Below, in pieces: positions 50,545 to 59,044 of a stretch of DNA of 64,000 bases; position 1 is the stretch's first letter, and the number at the start of each line of letters is the position of its first letter. Below the pieces are notes generated by a model. That model was not told the DNA's origin. It searched no databases and saw only the letters and a program-made list of their open reading frames with translations. The translations under genes and the position numbers were made by a program. Source of the DNA: Nitrospinales bacterium (GTDB lineage: Bacteria > Nitrospinota > Nitrospinia > Nitrospinales > VA-1). The stretch spans positions 608,001 to 672,000 of the forward strand of contig CBDCWG010000012.1 of NCBI GenBank assembly GCA_965223345.1, in the 5' to 3' direction.

Positions 50545-51861
50545 TCAGTGCACGCTTCCGGAAAGGCGGCCGAGCATTCCCGCCAGACTGGGCTTGCCTT
50601 TCCTTTCGAGGTAATTGAGGATGTCCTTGTTGTCGTCCGCCAGAGTGGGACTGGAATCGTTGCCGGAGACGATGCTTTGCGCGACCAGGTCCATGCGCGC
50701 GCGCAGCGACTTGTCCTTGTTGTAAAACAGGGCGCCGCGGTTGTTGGTGATCTTGATGATTTTGTGTTGAGGCATCATCCCGACGATATGAATCCTGTCT
50801 TTGTATTTCTGGAATTTGTCTAAGGTATCAAGATACTCTCTCAGACGATTTAGGCAAGAAGAAATTTCGTGCGTTTCCTCACATCGGTTGAAGAAAATTC
50901 CGATTTTCTTGTTCCGAAACACTTCGCCCAAAGCGGACGGTCCTTTTTTCGCCACCACGCGGTTCACATACGCTTTGTCGAGGTTTGACAAACGGCTCTT
51001 TTGGTATTCCTCTAAAAATTCCTCGTAATAGTCGATGAAGGTGTGCAGCGCGTCGATGCTGCCGTTGATGGCGATGGTGTTCGACATATCGAACACCAGC
51101 ACGACCTGATCGATGGCGTTCATCAGCGAGGACATGTGGCTGATGCCGCCGGCCGGTGTGTCCAGAATGACGTGCTCGAACTTGTCGAACACACTGTTTA
51201 GAAACTCCAGAAACAATACCAGAAACGCCGGCTCGTTGATGCGCTTGCGGTGCTTCTTTTTGCCCAGCACGGGCACCTCGCCGCCGATGATGGAGAACCC
51301 GTACTCTTCGATGTGGTTGACGAACTCCTCGACGACCGGATGGGAATTGGCCTGGATCTGATCCAGCCGTTTGCGAAAGGCCACGAGATCGATCTTGTCG
51401 AGCAGCGGCTCGAGCTCGCGCAACTGACTGACGGTTTCGATCTTCGAGCGGTTCAAAAACAATTCGTAGATGGTGTCGCCGAATTCGAACTGGGAAAAAT
51501 GAAACAGCTGGGTGCCGAGCGTTTTATATAAGGAAAAACTTTTTGCCAGGTGGCGGTGGTTGCGGTCGATGTCGCCTTGAAAATAATTGTGGAAGGTGAC
51601 GAGGATGCGGTAGAGGGTCTGTAAAAAATCCCCCTGGTAGGTTTTGTTGTCCAGGGTCTCGAACAGATCGAAGAAGGTTTTCTTGGGATGGCTGTCGAGA
51701 ATGCTGGAGACGGTGGGGAGCCGGAGGTCCAGATCCACCAGGCAGACGGGATCTCCGTTTTTATCGTGCTCCAGAGCGCGGGTCAATGCGGCGGCGGTGT
51801 TGATCGATAACGTGGTTTTTCCGATTCCCCCTTTCGGGCCGATGATGCAAACGATGGCCAT
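50545..51861 (-). CDS. MinD/ParA-family ATPase with large insertions
   Basis: Deviant Walker A KGGIGKTT; VDLD; VILDTPAG; FNR; amphipathic C-terminal tail SLAGMLGRLSG. Confidence 0.85.
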   Translation of the reverse strand: MAIVCIIGPKGGIGKTTLSINTAAALTRALEHDKNGDPVCLVDLDLRLPTVSSILDSHPKKTFFDLFETLDNKTYQGDFLQTLYRILVTFHNYFQGDIDRNHRHLAKSFSLYKTLGTQLFHFSQFEFGDTIYELFLNRSKIETVSQLRELEPLLDKIDLVAFRKRLDQIQANSHPVVEEFVNHIEEYGFSIIGGEVPVLGKKKHRKRINEPAFLVLFLEFLNSVFDKFEHVILDTPAGGISHMSSLMNAIDQVVLVFDMSNTIAINGSIDALHTFIDYYEEFLEEYQKSRLSNLDKAYVNRVVAKKGPSALGEVFRNKKIGIFFNRCEETHEISSCLNRLREYLDTLDKFQKYKDRIHIVGMMPQHKIIKITNNRGALFYNKDKSLRARMDLVAQSIVSGNDSSPTLADDNKDILNYLERKGKPSLAGMLGRLSGSVH

Positions 51862-52578
51862 TTAACCTTCCTTGCTTTTGCGCGGGCAACCTTCCAGGAT
51901 CAGCGTGATCTCTCCCTTGAAGGTTCTTTTTTCCGCCAGGGCGATGAGGGATTCCAGACTGCCGCGGATCACTTCCTCATACTTTTTCGTGAGCTCTCTC
52001 GCGAGAACCGCCCTGCGGTCGCCCATGACCGCGTGGAAATCCCGGAGGGTTTTTCCGATGCGGTGCGGGGATTCGTAAAACACCAGGGTGCGCGTTTCCT
52101 TTGCCAGCGCCTCCAGGTGGGTTTTTCTGCCTTTTTTGCGCGGCAGGAAGCCCTCGAAAACAAACCGGTCCATCGGCAGTCCCGAAACCGTGAGTGCGGT
52201 CAGGACAGCGGAAGGGCCGGGGACGGCGACCACCGCGAGGTCCGCTTCGAGCGCCAGCCGAACCAGGTGATACAAAGGGTCCGAAACTCCGGGCGTTCCC
52301 GCATCCGACACCAGCGCGATGTCTTTACCTTCTTTGAGGAGGCGGATGAACTGCGGGCCTTTCTGCGCCTGATTGTGGCTGTTGAAACTCGAAAGCTTTG
52401 CCCGGATCTCATATTTGTTCAGGAGGATCCGGGTGCGGCGCGTGTCTTCGGCGGCGATGCAGTGCACCTGCCGCAACTGTTCCAGCGCCCGCAATGTGAT
52501 GTCCGAGAGGTTGCCGATCGGCGTGCTCACAATGAACAGGCAACCGGCGCTCGCACCCTCATCGCCACCGCTATTCAT
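51862..52578 (-). CDS. rsmI: 16S rRNA C1402 2'-O-methyltransferase
   Basis: TPIGNLSDITLRA, AEDTR, SDAGTPGVSDP, YESPHR, RELTKKYEE motifs. Confidence 0.95.
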   Translation of the reverse strand: MNSGGDEGASAGCLFIVSTPIGNLSDITLRALEQLRQVHCIAAEDTRRTRILLNKYEIRAKLSSFNSHNQAQKGPQFIRLLKEGKDIALVSDAGTPGVSDPLYHLVRLALEADLAVVAVPGPSAVLTALTVSGLPMDRFVFEGFLPRKKGRKTHLEALAKETRTLVFYESPHRIGKTLRDFHAVMGDRRAVLARELTKKYEEVIRGSLESLIALAEKRTFKGEITLILEGCPRKSKEG

Positions 52579-52763
52579 AGCGGAGAAAACGGGAGTCAAC
52601 ATTACCCCCCAGATACAGAATGGTCTCAAATAACATGGGTTTCATGGTGAAACACAGGCGGGGTGAACTGAAAAAAGGGTGACGCATGGCGTTGAATCCG
52701 GCTGGGGCACTGCGGGGGTGGAGCGCCTTCCCCGGAGCAAACGCCGGGGAAGGCCATGCGGTT

Positions 52764-53168
52764 TCAGGTCGAGGCGGATCCGGCGGCCTCGATTTTTTCG
52801 TTCTTCACCAGTTTGACGATTTTGCTTGTCTGACCGGTCATCTCGCAGTTGCCGTCGAAGATGCCTCCGACTTCGACGTTGAGCGCCGGCGTCTTCACCG
52901 TGCCCACAACCTGGGAACTGGAATGGATCTCGACCCGGTTGGTGGCGTTGATGGTTCCGTCGATTTTCCCTTTGCACACCACGGTGCCCGCGGTGATGTC
53001 CGCGATCAGGTGACCGGTCTCTCCGACGATCAGGGTGTCCTGAGTCGCCACCTGCCCCTCGAACCGTCCATCGATCCGCACGGTGCCCTCAAAGCTTAAG
53101 GACCCGTTGAATACCGCCTCTTCGCCCATGTAGGCTTTGAGGTGCGCCTCCTCCTTTTTCGATGCCAT
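52764..53168 (-). CDS. Canonical bactofilin
   Basis: FNGSLSFEGTVRIDGRFEG..VEVGGIFDGNCEM. Confidence 0.92.
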   Translation of the reverse strand: MASKKEEAHLKAYMGEEAVFNGSLSFEGTVRIDGRFEGQVATQDTLIVGETGHLIADITAGTVVCKGKIDGTINATNRVEIHSSSQVVGTVKTPALNVEVGGIFDGNCEMTGQTSKIVKLVKNEKIEAAGSAST

Positions 53169-53202
53169 TGTCAACCCTCCGCTTGACGTAGTTGCCGGCT
53201 TG

Positions 53203-54066
53203 TCAGCCTATTTTTTTAGATATCATCCCCAGAATGCGGTCGAGGTCTTCATTAGAGTAATACGTGATGACCATCTTCCCGCCTTTTTTCTGAGGCGCGA
53301 TCTCCACTTTCGTTCCCAGCTTTCTCTGCAGATCCGTTTCCAGGTTTTTCAGAAAAACGTCCTTGGCCACGGTTTCCCGCTGCGGCTTCGGATTTTTCAA
53401 CTGCCGCACGCGCGCTTCCACCTGCCGCACGTTCAGGTTCTTGCTGATGATCTCCTGGCGCAGCAACTCCAGATCCTTGGGAGACTCGACGCCCAGCAGC
53501 GCGCGCGCGTGCCCCATGGTCAACCTTCCTGCGATCACGTCTTCCTTGATCGCGCCCGGCAGTTTCAACAGCCTCAGGGTGTTGGTGATGGAGACCCGGT
53601 TCTTGCCGAGCCTCTGGCCGAGCTTTTCCTGAGTCAATCCGAATTCGTTCAACAGCCGCTGGTACGCCTCGGCTTCCTCGATGGGATTCAGGTCCTGCCG
53701 GTGGATGTTCTCGATGATCGCCAGTTCCAGAGACTGCGTGTCGCTGGCTTCGCGCACGATCGCGGGAATTTTTTTCAGACCGGCTTTCTTGGCCGCGCGC
53801 CAGCGCCGCTCGCCGACGATCAGCTCATAATTTTTTTTGCCCTTTTGGACAACCACCGGCTGGAGGATGCCGTTCTCGCGAATGGAGACAACGAGTTCTT
53901 CCAGTTTGTCGTCGTCGAAATACTTGCGCGGCTGAAACCGGTTGGGCGAAATCTCGTCCACCAACAGCTCGCCCGCCGACGTTTCGACCGGCGCGGTCTC
54001 GGGAACGCCGAGCTCGAAATCCGGAATCAGGGCGTTGATGCCTTTTCCGAGGGCTTTGCGGTTCAT
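53203..54066 (-). CDS. parB: Chromosome partitioning protein ParB
   Basis: ALGKG, PN.FQPR, GERRWRAA, ENIHRQDLNPIEEA motifs. Confidence 0.97.
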   Translation of the reverse strand: MNRKALGKGINALIPDFELGVPETAPVETSAGELLVDEISPNRFQPRKYFDDDKLEELVVSIRENGILQPVVVQKGKKNYELIVGERRWRAAKKAGLKKIPAIVREASDTQSLELAIIENIHRQDLNPIEEAEAYQRLLNEFGLTQEKLGQRLGKNRVSITNTLRLLKLPGAIKEDVIAGRLTMGHARALLGVESPKDLELLRQEIISKNLNVRQVEARVRQLKNPKPQRETVAKDVFLKNLETDLQRKLGTKVEIAPQKKGGKMVITYYSNEDLDRILGMISKKIG

Positions 54067-54869
54067 GACACCCATTCGTCCTTCGCGCCGACTTCGCTCA
54101 TTTCATCTTTGGTTCTCAGAATGACCTCGCGCGCCAGCTCCACATAGGAATCGGAACCCTTGGAGCGGCCCGCATACAGCACCACCGGCTTGCCGTGGCT
54201 CGGCGCTTCGCTCAGCCGGATGTTTCTGGGGATGACGGTCTCCATCAAAAATTCCTTGAAATATTTTTTCACCTGGTCTTTGACCTGGGCGGCGAGCAGG
54301 GTGCGGCCGTCGTACATGGTGAGCAGGATCCCCTCGACGCGCAACTCCGGGTTGAGGGATTTTTTCACCAGCTTCAAGGTTTTCAAAAGATGACTCAAAC
54401 CCTGCAGCGCGTAATACTCGCACTGCATCGGGATCAACACCGAATCGCTGGCCGCCAGCGCGTTGAGCGTCAACAGTCCCAGCGAGGGCGGGCAGTCGAT
54501 GACGATGAAATCGAAATCCTCCTCCGCTCGCTGCAGCACCGAGTGCAGGCGCTTCTCCCGCGCTTCGTGGGTCACCAGCTCGATCTCCGCGCCGGTCAGA
54601 TCCACCGAAGAGGGAATGAGTTTCAAGGTTTCGATTTCCGTTGCGCGCACCACCTCATTCAGCGGCGCCTCCTGCATCAGCAACTCGTACAGGCCCTTGT
54701 CGCCGTCCTGCAGCTCCACACCGAGACCGCTCGAGGCGTTGGCCTGCGGGTCCACATCGACCAGCAGCACCTTGCGGCCCGAAAGGGCGATGCATGCCGA
54801 AAGGTTGATGGCTGTGGTCGTCTTGCCCACACCGCCTTTTTGATTGGCGACCGTTATGATTTTGCCCAT
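54063..54869 (-). CDS. parA: Chromosome partitioning ATPase ParA/Soj
   Basis: NQKGGVGKTTT, DPQANA, DCPPSLG, LSEAPSHG motifs. Confidence 0.97.
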   Translation of the reverse strand: MGKIITVANQKGGVGKTTTAINLSACIALSGRKVLLVDVDPQANASSGLGVELQDGDKGLYELLMQEAPLNEVVRATEIETLKLIPSSVDLTGAEIELVTHEAREKRLHSVLQRAEEDFDFIVIDCPPSLGLLTLNALAASDSVLIPMQCEYYALQGLSHLLKTLKLVKKSLNPELRVEGILLTMYDGRTLLAAQVKDQVKKYFKEFLMETVIPRNIRLSEAPSHGKPVVLYAGRSKGSDSYVELAREVILRTKDEMSEVGAKDEWVS

Positions 54870-55045
54870 ATCACATTGATTTTAAGGGTAATAGGCCCAA
54901 TGCTAGAATAGCACAAAAAATACCGGCTTCCAACTGAAAATTCGGAGCCTGGATATTGCAAACCGCGGAAAAATTCGGCGAAGGGCGATTTTATCGCCAT
55001 GCGGAATAAAATATTCCCAGAACCTGTTGTTTTTTATTCACTTAT

Positions 55046-55061
55046 TGTTTCACATGAAACG
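55046..55061. other. parS site
   Basis: TGTTTCACATGAAACG, 2 mismatches to TGTTTCACGTGAAACA, upstream of parA. Confidence 0.8.
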
Positions 55062-55700
55062 GCGCTCAAAAACCATCAGCTTGGAGCGCGGTCCCGGGGG
55101 GGAGTCCAGCGGGATTTCCGCCACCAGCGCGGGCAGGCCCGGGGCGCTCTGAACCGTTTCCGGGACCCCCGCTTCCGGTTCCTTCTGCACGATCATCCGG
55201 CCTCCCGGACACAAAAACGGAGCGGCCCAGCGCAGGCAGTCCGCAAGCGAACCCACCGCCCGCAGCGTCACCGAATCGTAGCGGCCGCGATGCGCCGCGT
55301 CCGCTTGTTCGGCGCGCACGTTCAACACCGTCACCTCCTTGAGCCCAATGCTGCGCACCGCCTGCTTGAGAAAAGCCGCGCGTTTGCGGTGGCTTTCGAT
55401 CAGGGTGACCGGCACCTGCGGCAGCACCGCCTTGATGGGAATGCCGGGGAAGCCGCCGCCGCTGCCGATGTCCAGAATGTTGCGCGGTGTTTCAAGTCCT
55501 CTCAGGTATTGCAGGGAACCGCCGATGTGCCGGTCGATCAAAAGCGCCGCCTCCTTTTCGGATGTGAGGTTGATCCTGGCGTTCCACTTTTCCCATTCGG
55601 CGATGAAACGCAGCAACCGCTCGGCGGCGCTCTTCGGTTCCACGGGAAATCCGCTGTCCTGGGTGTTCGCTTCGATGAGCTGGATCAACCGGTCTTTCAT
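55050..55700 (-). CDS. rsmG: 16S rRNA G527 N7-methyltransferase
   Basis: WN.RINLT, LDIGSGGGFPGIP, RAE motifs; upstream of parA. Confidence 0.93.
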   Translation of the reverse strand: MKDRLIQLIEANTQDSGFPVEPKSAAERLLRFIAEWEKWNARINLTSEKEAALLIDRHIGGSLQYLRGLETPRNILDIGSGGGFPGIPIKAVLPQVPVTLIESHRKRAAFLKQAVRSIGLKEVTVLNVRAEQADAAHRGRYDSVTLRAVGSLADCLRWAAPFLCPGGRMIVQKEPEAGVPETVQSAPGLPALVAEIPLDSPPGPRSKLMVFERRFM

Positions 55701-55769
55701 ATGAAAAGTGTACCATCCGGATTGCGGCGGGACCACACGTGAAAAGGTCACACTTACTATTTGGGCTGG

Positions 55770-55793
55770 AAAAGCCGGGAGACTCTCCCGGCT
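55770..55793 (-). terminator. Rho-independent terminator after etfA
   Basis: Minus strand AGCCGGGAGAGTCTCCCGGCT hairpin followed by TTT. Confidence 0.6.
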
Positions 55794-55877
55794 CGGGATT
55801 CAGAGTCGAAGAAATGGGAAAGAAGACAACTTTAAGGAAAGAACTGGATGTGGGGCGGGGGGGTACTGGGAAAACGA

Positions 55878-56867
55878 TCAGGCGAGGACCTTGCGGAATT
55901 CCCGGGTCAGGATCGGCAGCACTTCCAGCACATCGCCGACGATGCCGTAATCGGCGATGGAAAAGATGGGCGCGTGCGGATCCTTGTTGATCGCCACAAT
56001 GCATTTGGAGGAGGACATGCCGGCCTGGTGCTGCACCGCACCGGAAATGCCGCAGGCGATGTACAGGTCCGGTGAGACGGTGCGGCCGGTCTGTCCCACC
56101 TGATTGGAATAGGGCCGCCAGCCGTCGTCCACCACGGGGCGGCTGGCGCCGACCGCCGCGCCGAGAACAGAAGCGAGTTCTTCCAGCAGTTTGAAGTTGT
56201 CCGCGCTCTGCATGCCCAATCCCCCGGACACGACAATGCGCGCCTCGGTGATGTCCAGCTGCTCGCCCGCCTCCTTGACGATCTCGCGGATTTTCACCGC
56301 CAGGGAAGATTCCGGCACCTCCACGGGAAACCTTTCGACACCCCCTGTGCTCTCGTGCACCGCATCGTTGCGAAACACGTTCGGGCGCAGCGTGACGATC
56401 TGTGTGCTGCCGCTTTGGAAAACCAGGGTGGCGATGGCTTTTCCGGCATTGACCGGGCGGCGCACGCGCAGGTTGGAATCCGCATCGAACTCGAGCGCGA
56501 TGCAGTCGGTGGCGAGACCGGTCTGCAACCGGGCGGCGAGGGCGGCGGCGAGTTCCTTGCCGTGCACGGTGGCAGCCAGCAGCAACGCTTTCGGCGCGGA
56601 GTCTTTGATCTTCTCGCTCAAAACAGCCAGGCAGGCGGCGCTGTTGTATTGCGCGAGCTGCGGAGAGGTCAAAACTTCCACCTTGTCCGCTCCATTTTTA
56701 AGCAGAACGGCCGTGTCTGGAACTTTTTCCTCCGAACAAAGGCAAAGCGCGGTGACGGCGCCACCGCAGGATGCGGCCAGGGTCCGGGCCGCTTGCACGA
56801 CTTCCAGGCTGACGGGCTTCAGCTCCCCCTCAACGTGTTCGGCGATGACATAAATTTCCGTGCTCAT
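55878..56867 (-). CDS. etfA: Electron transfer flavoprotein alpha subunit
   Basis: [35 protein letters not shown] motifs. Confidence 0.96.
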   Translation of the reverse strand: MSTEIYVIAEHVEGELKPVSLEVVQAARTLAASCGGAVTALCLCSEEKVPDTAVLLKNGADKVEVLTSPQLAQYNSAACLAVLSEKIKDSAPKALLLAATVHGKELAAALAARLQTGLATDCIALEFDADSNLRVRRPVNAGKAIATLVFQSGSTQIVTLRPNVFRNDAVHESTGGVERFPVEVPESSLAVKIREIVKEAGEQLDITEARIVVSGGLGMQSADNFKLLEELASVLGAAVGASRPVVDDGWRPYSNQVGQTGRTVSPDLYIACGISGAVQHQAGMSSSKCIVAINKDPHAPIFSIADYGIVGDVLEVLPILTREFRKVLA

Positions 56868-56879
56868 ACCACCTTCCGC

Positions 56880-56895
56880 TGTTTCATGTGAGTAT
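56880..56895. other. Degenerate parS-like site
   Basis: TGTTTCATGTGAGTAT, left arm intact. Confidence 0.4.
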
Positions 56896-57118
56896 TCTCA
56901 TTCAACGTGATCGTCACTTCCCATCGGGCGGATCCGGATCGGCACCGGCCTGATGTCGCGCCGGAAATCAGGAACCGGATACAAGAAGATGGAAGGCGAT
57001 ACTATAGCACTCTGCCATCGCAGGATCAAAACGGGAAAGCGCGGGCGGCATTTCAAATATTAGCCTATTTGGGCATATTTGTGGGCGCGAGGTCAGCCTT
57101 GCCGGAGAGGCAAGCCGG

Positions 57119-57286
57119 TCAGTTGGGGTACTTGCCGGGCGGGCGGAACAGCGGCAGATCGAGGATCCATTCCACGTCCCAGATTTCGCCGACCGTTCCC
57201 AGTGCCAGCAGGAACACGTACAGCAAAAGCAAGGTGAGCCCGAGCTGGGATTTGTATTTTTGAAAGTTTTCTTTAAGGGCGTTCAT
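57119..57286 (-). CDS. 55-aa small membrane protein (below the ORF-track cutoff)
   Basis: Translated by hand: MNALKENFQKYKSQLGLTLLLLYVFLLALGTVGEIWDVEWILDLPLFRPPGKYPN; GC-rich third positions; followed by a hairpin. Confidence 0.7.
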   Translation of the reverse strand: MNALKENFQKYKSQLGLTLLLLYVFLLALGTVGEIWDVEWILDLPLFRPPGKYPN

Positions 57287-57354
57287 TCGGGTGGGCGGCG
57301 CTGCGGTTCGTGCAACGCGTGGGGTTGTCGTTTGCTATCTACGGATTGAAGTCT

Positions 57355-58143
57355 TCAAACCAGTTTTTCGTCTTCGCGCAGGATCCTCACGAGCTGCGGG
57401 ATCGTCTCCGCGTGCGGTCCCTCGAGCACCCTGCCCTTCTTGCGCGCATCCGGCAGCGACAGATCGACCTGGCGGATGCGGTTGCCGCTGACTTCTGGCC
57501 CTGCGTCGGGGAAAGCCAGCGCGGCGCGGTCCAGCACCTGGATCGTCTTTTTCTTGGCAGCGATGATACCCTTCAGCGCCGGCAGCCGCGGCTCGTTGAG
57601 GCCCTTCTGACAGGTGCCGACGAATGGCAACCGGGTTTCCAGTACCTCGCTGCCGCCTTCCACTTGGCGGGTCACCACCGCCTCTGGGTTGTTATCGGAA
57701 ATTTCCAGCTTCGTGATCACCGAAATAAACGGAATGTCGAGCAACACCCCGAGCGCGGGGCCCACCTGCGCCAGGTCGTCGTCCACGGCCTGGCGGCCGC
57801 AGAGAATGAGATCGTGTTTCAGGGTTTTGAGAGCCTGCGCCAGCACCTGCGCCACACCGAGATTGTCGAGCCCCTCGAAGGTGGGGTCCAGGCAGTGGAT
57901 GGCCTTGTCCGCGCCCATGGCGAGCCCGGCCCGGAGTGTGTCCTTGAATCCTTCGGGTCCGAGGCTGATCAGGGTGACCTCGGTGTCGGAGATGCGCTCG
58001 CGGATGCGGAGGGCTTCCTCGACCGCGAATTCATCGTAGGGGTTCATGACGCGCGGACTGCCGGCGGCGTCGATCGCCCCGTCCTTGATGCTGATTTTGG
58101 CGGCGGTGTCCAGGACCTGCTTGATACAAACGACGATCTGCAT
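57355..58143 (-). CDS. etfB: Electron transfer flavoprotein beta subunit
   Basis: CIKQV, NPYDEFAVEEAL, LAMGAD, GRQAVD, NEPR motifs. Confidence 0.96.
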   Translation of the reverse strand: MQIVVCIKQVLDTAAKISIKDGAIDAAGSPRVMNPYDEFAVEEALRIRERISDTEVTLISLGPEGFKDTLRAGLAMGADKAIHCLDPTFEGLDNLGVAQVLAQALKTLKHDLILCGRQAVDDDLAQVGPALGVLLDIPFISVITKLEISDNNPEAVVTRQVEGGSEVLETRLPFVGTCQKGLNEPRLPALKGIIAAKKKTIQVLDRAALAFPDAGPEVSGNRIRQVDLSLPDARKKGRVLEGPHAETIPQLVRILREDEKLV

Positions 58144-58281
58144 GGCTCTCACAAGGCGTGTTGCAACGAGCGGGCATTATCGCATTGTTGTGTGCAAATG
58201 CAAAGGCGGAGAAAAGATGAGGGAAATTCAACGGAAAACAAAAGGGAAGGAGGGCGGCCTGTTTCACGGTGAAACAAACCA

Positions 58282-58623
58282 TCACAGCGTGCGTGCGATC
58301 TTCTTCAGGGCGGCCTGCACGTGGTCGGCCACCGCCTGACTGCTGATCTTCATGGCTTTGGCGGCGCGGTTTTTGCGCACGCCGCCGAAAAACACCAGGC
58401 TCACGGCGATCAACTGCCGGTCGGTCAGCTCCAGCCCGTTCAGGTCCAGGTGCAGGTCCTTCAAGTGGGCGAATTCCTTGCGGGGAGCGTGGCCGCTGCC
58501 CGGGTTGCCGCGGAAAATGGCATCGCCCATGGAAGCGATCACCTCCGGAGGCAGAAAACGCAGTTTCTGATCCCAGCCCGAGTCTTCACCCGGATCGTTT
58601 ATCGGGTCTTCATCGCGTGTCAT
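58282..58623 (-). CDS. Small protein with a C-terminal sigma region-4-like HTH
   Basis: LTDRQLIAVSLVFFGG..AAKAMKISSQAVADHVQAALKKI. Confidence 0.75.
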   Translation of the reverse strand: MTRDEDPINDPGEDSGWDQKLRFLPPEVIASMGDAIFRGNPGSGHAPRKEFAHLKDLHLDLNGLELTDRQLIAVSLVFFGGVRKNRAAKAMKISSQAVADHVQAALKKIARTL

Positions 58624-59044
58624 CGTCGATCCCCTTCCGCTGCAGATAGTGTTGGAATTCGCTCTCGTCCTGCAACACAAAATACAAAAACCATTGCGGC
58701 GGGTGCACTTCCATCAGATCCCGCTTGAGCGCGGAAGGCAGCGCATCGGCCGGACCCGCTACCGGAACGCCGTTGACGAAATTTTTGTCCTGCCGGCTCA
58801 TCACCCGCCAGTATTCGCGCGCGGTCTTGAAATGAAACCAGAGCACATCGAGCGGGATCTGTTTTTGATAGACGAAATTTCCGCAGTAAAAACACTTCCA
58901 GCCGACCGCATCGGGAATCAGCCCCACCCGGCCGCAGCCGCGTTTGAGCTTTTCGCCATTTTCCAGAACGATGCTCTTGGGCCGGCAACGCAGCCACGGC
59001 CCCAAAGGCGAGCGGTTCCTTCCCGGCCCTTTCACAACTCTCAC
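58610..59044 (-). CDS. Hypothetical protein with a probable Zn ribbon
   Basis: GGAGG RBS and GTGA coupling to the upstream stop; C..C..WKCFYCG. Confidence 0.65.
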   Translation of the reverse strand: MRVVKGPGRNRSPLGPWLRCRPKSIVLENGEKLKRGCGRVGLIPDAVGWKCFYCGNFVYQKQIPLDVLWFHFKTAREYWRVMSRQDKNFVNGVPVAGPADALPSALKRDLMEVHPPQWFLYFVLQDESEFQHYLQRKGIDDDTR

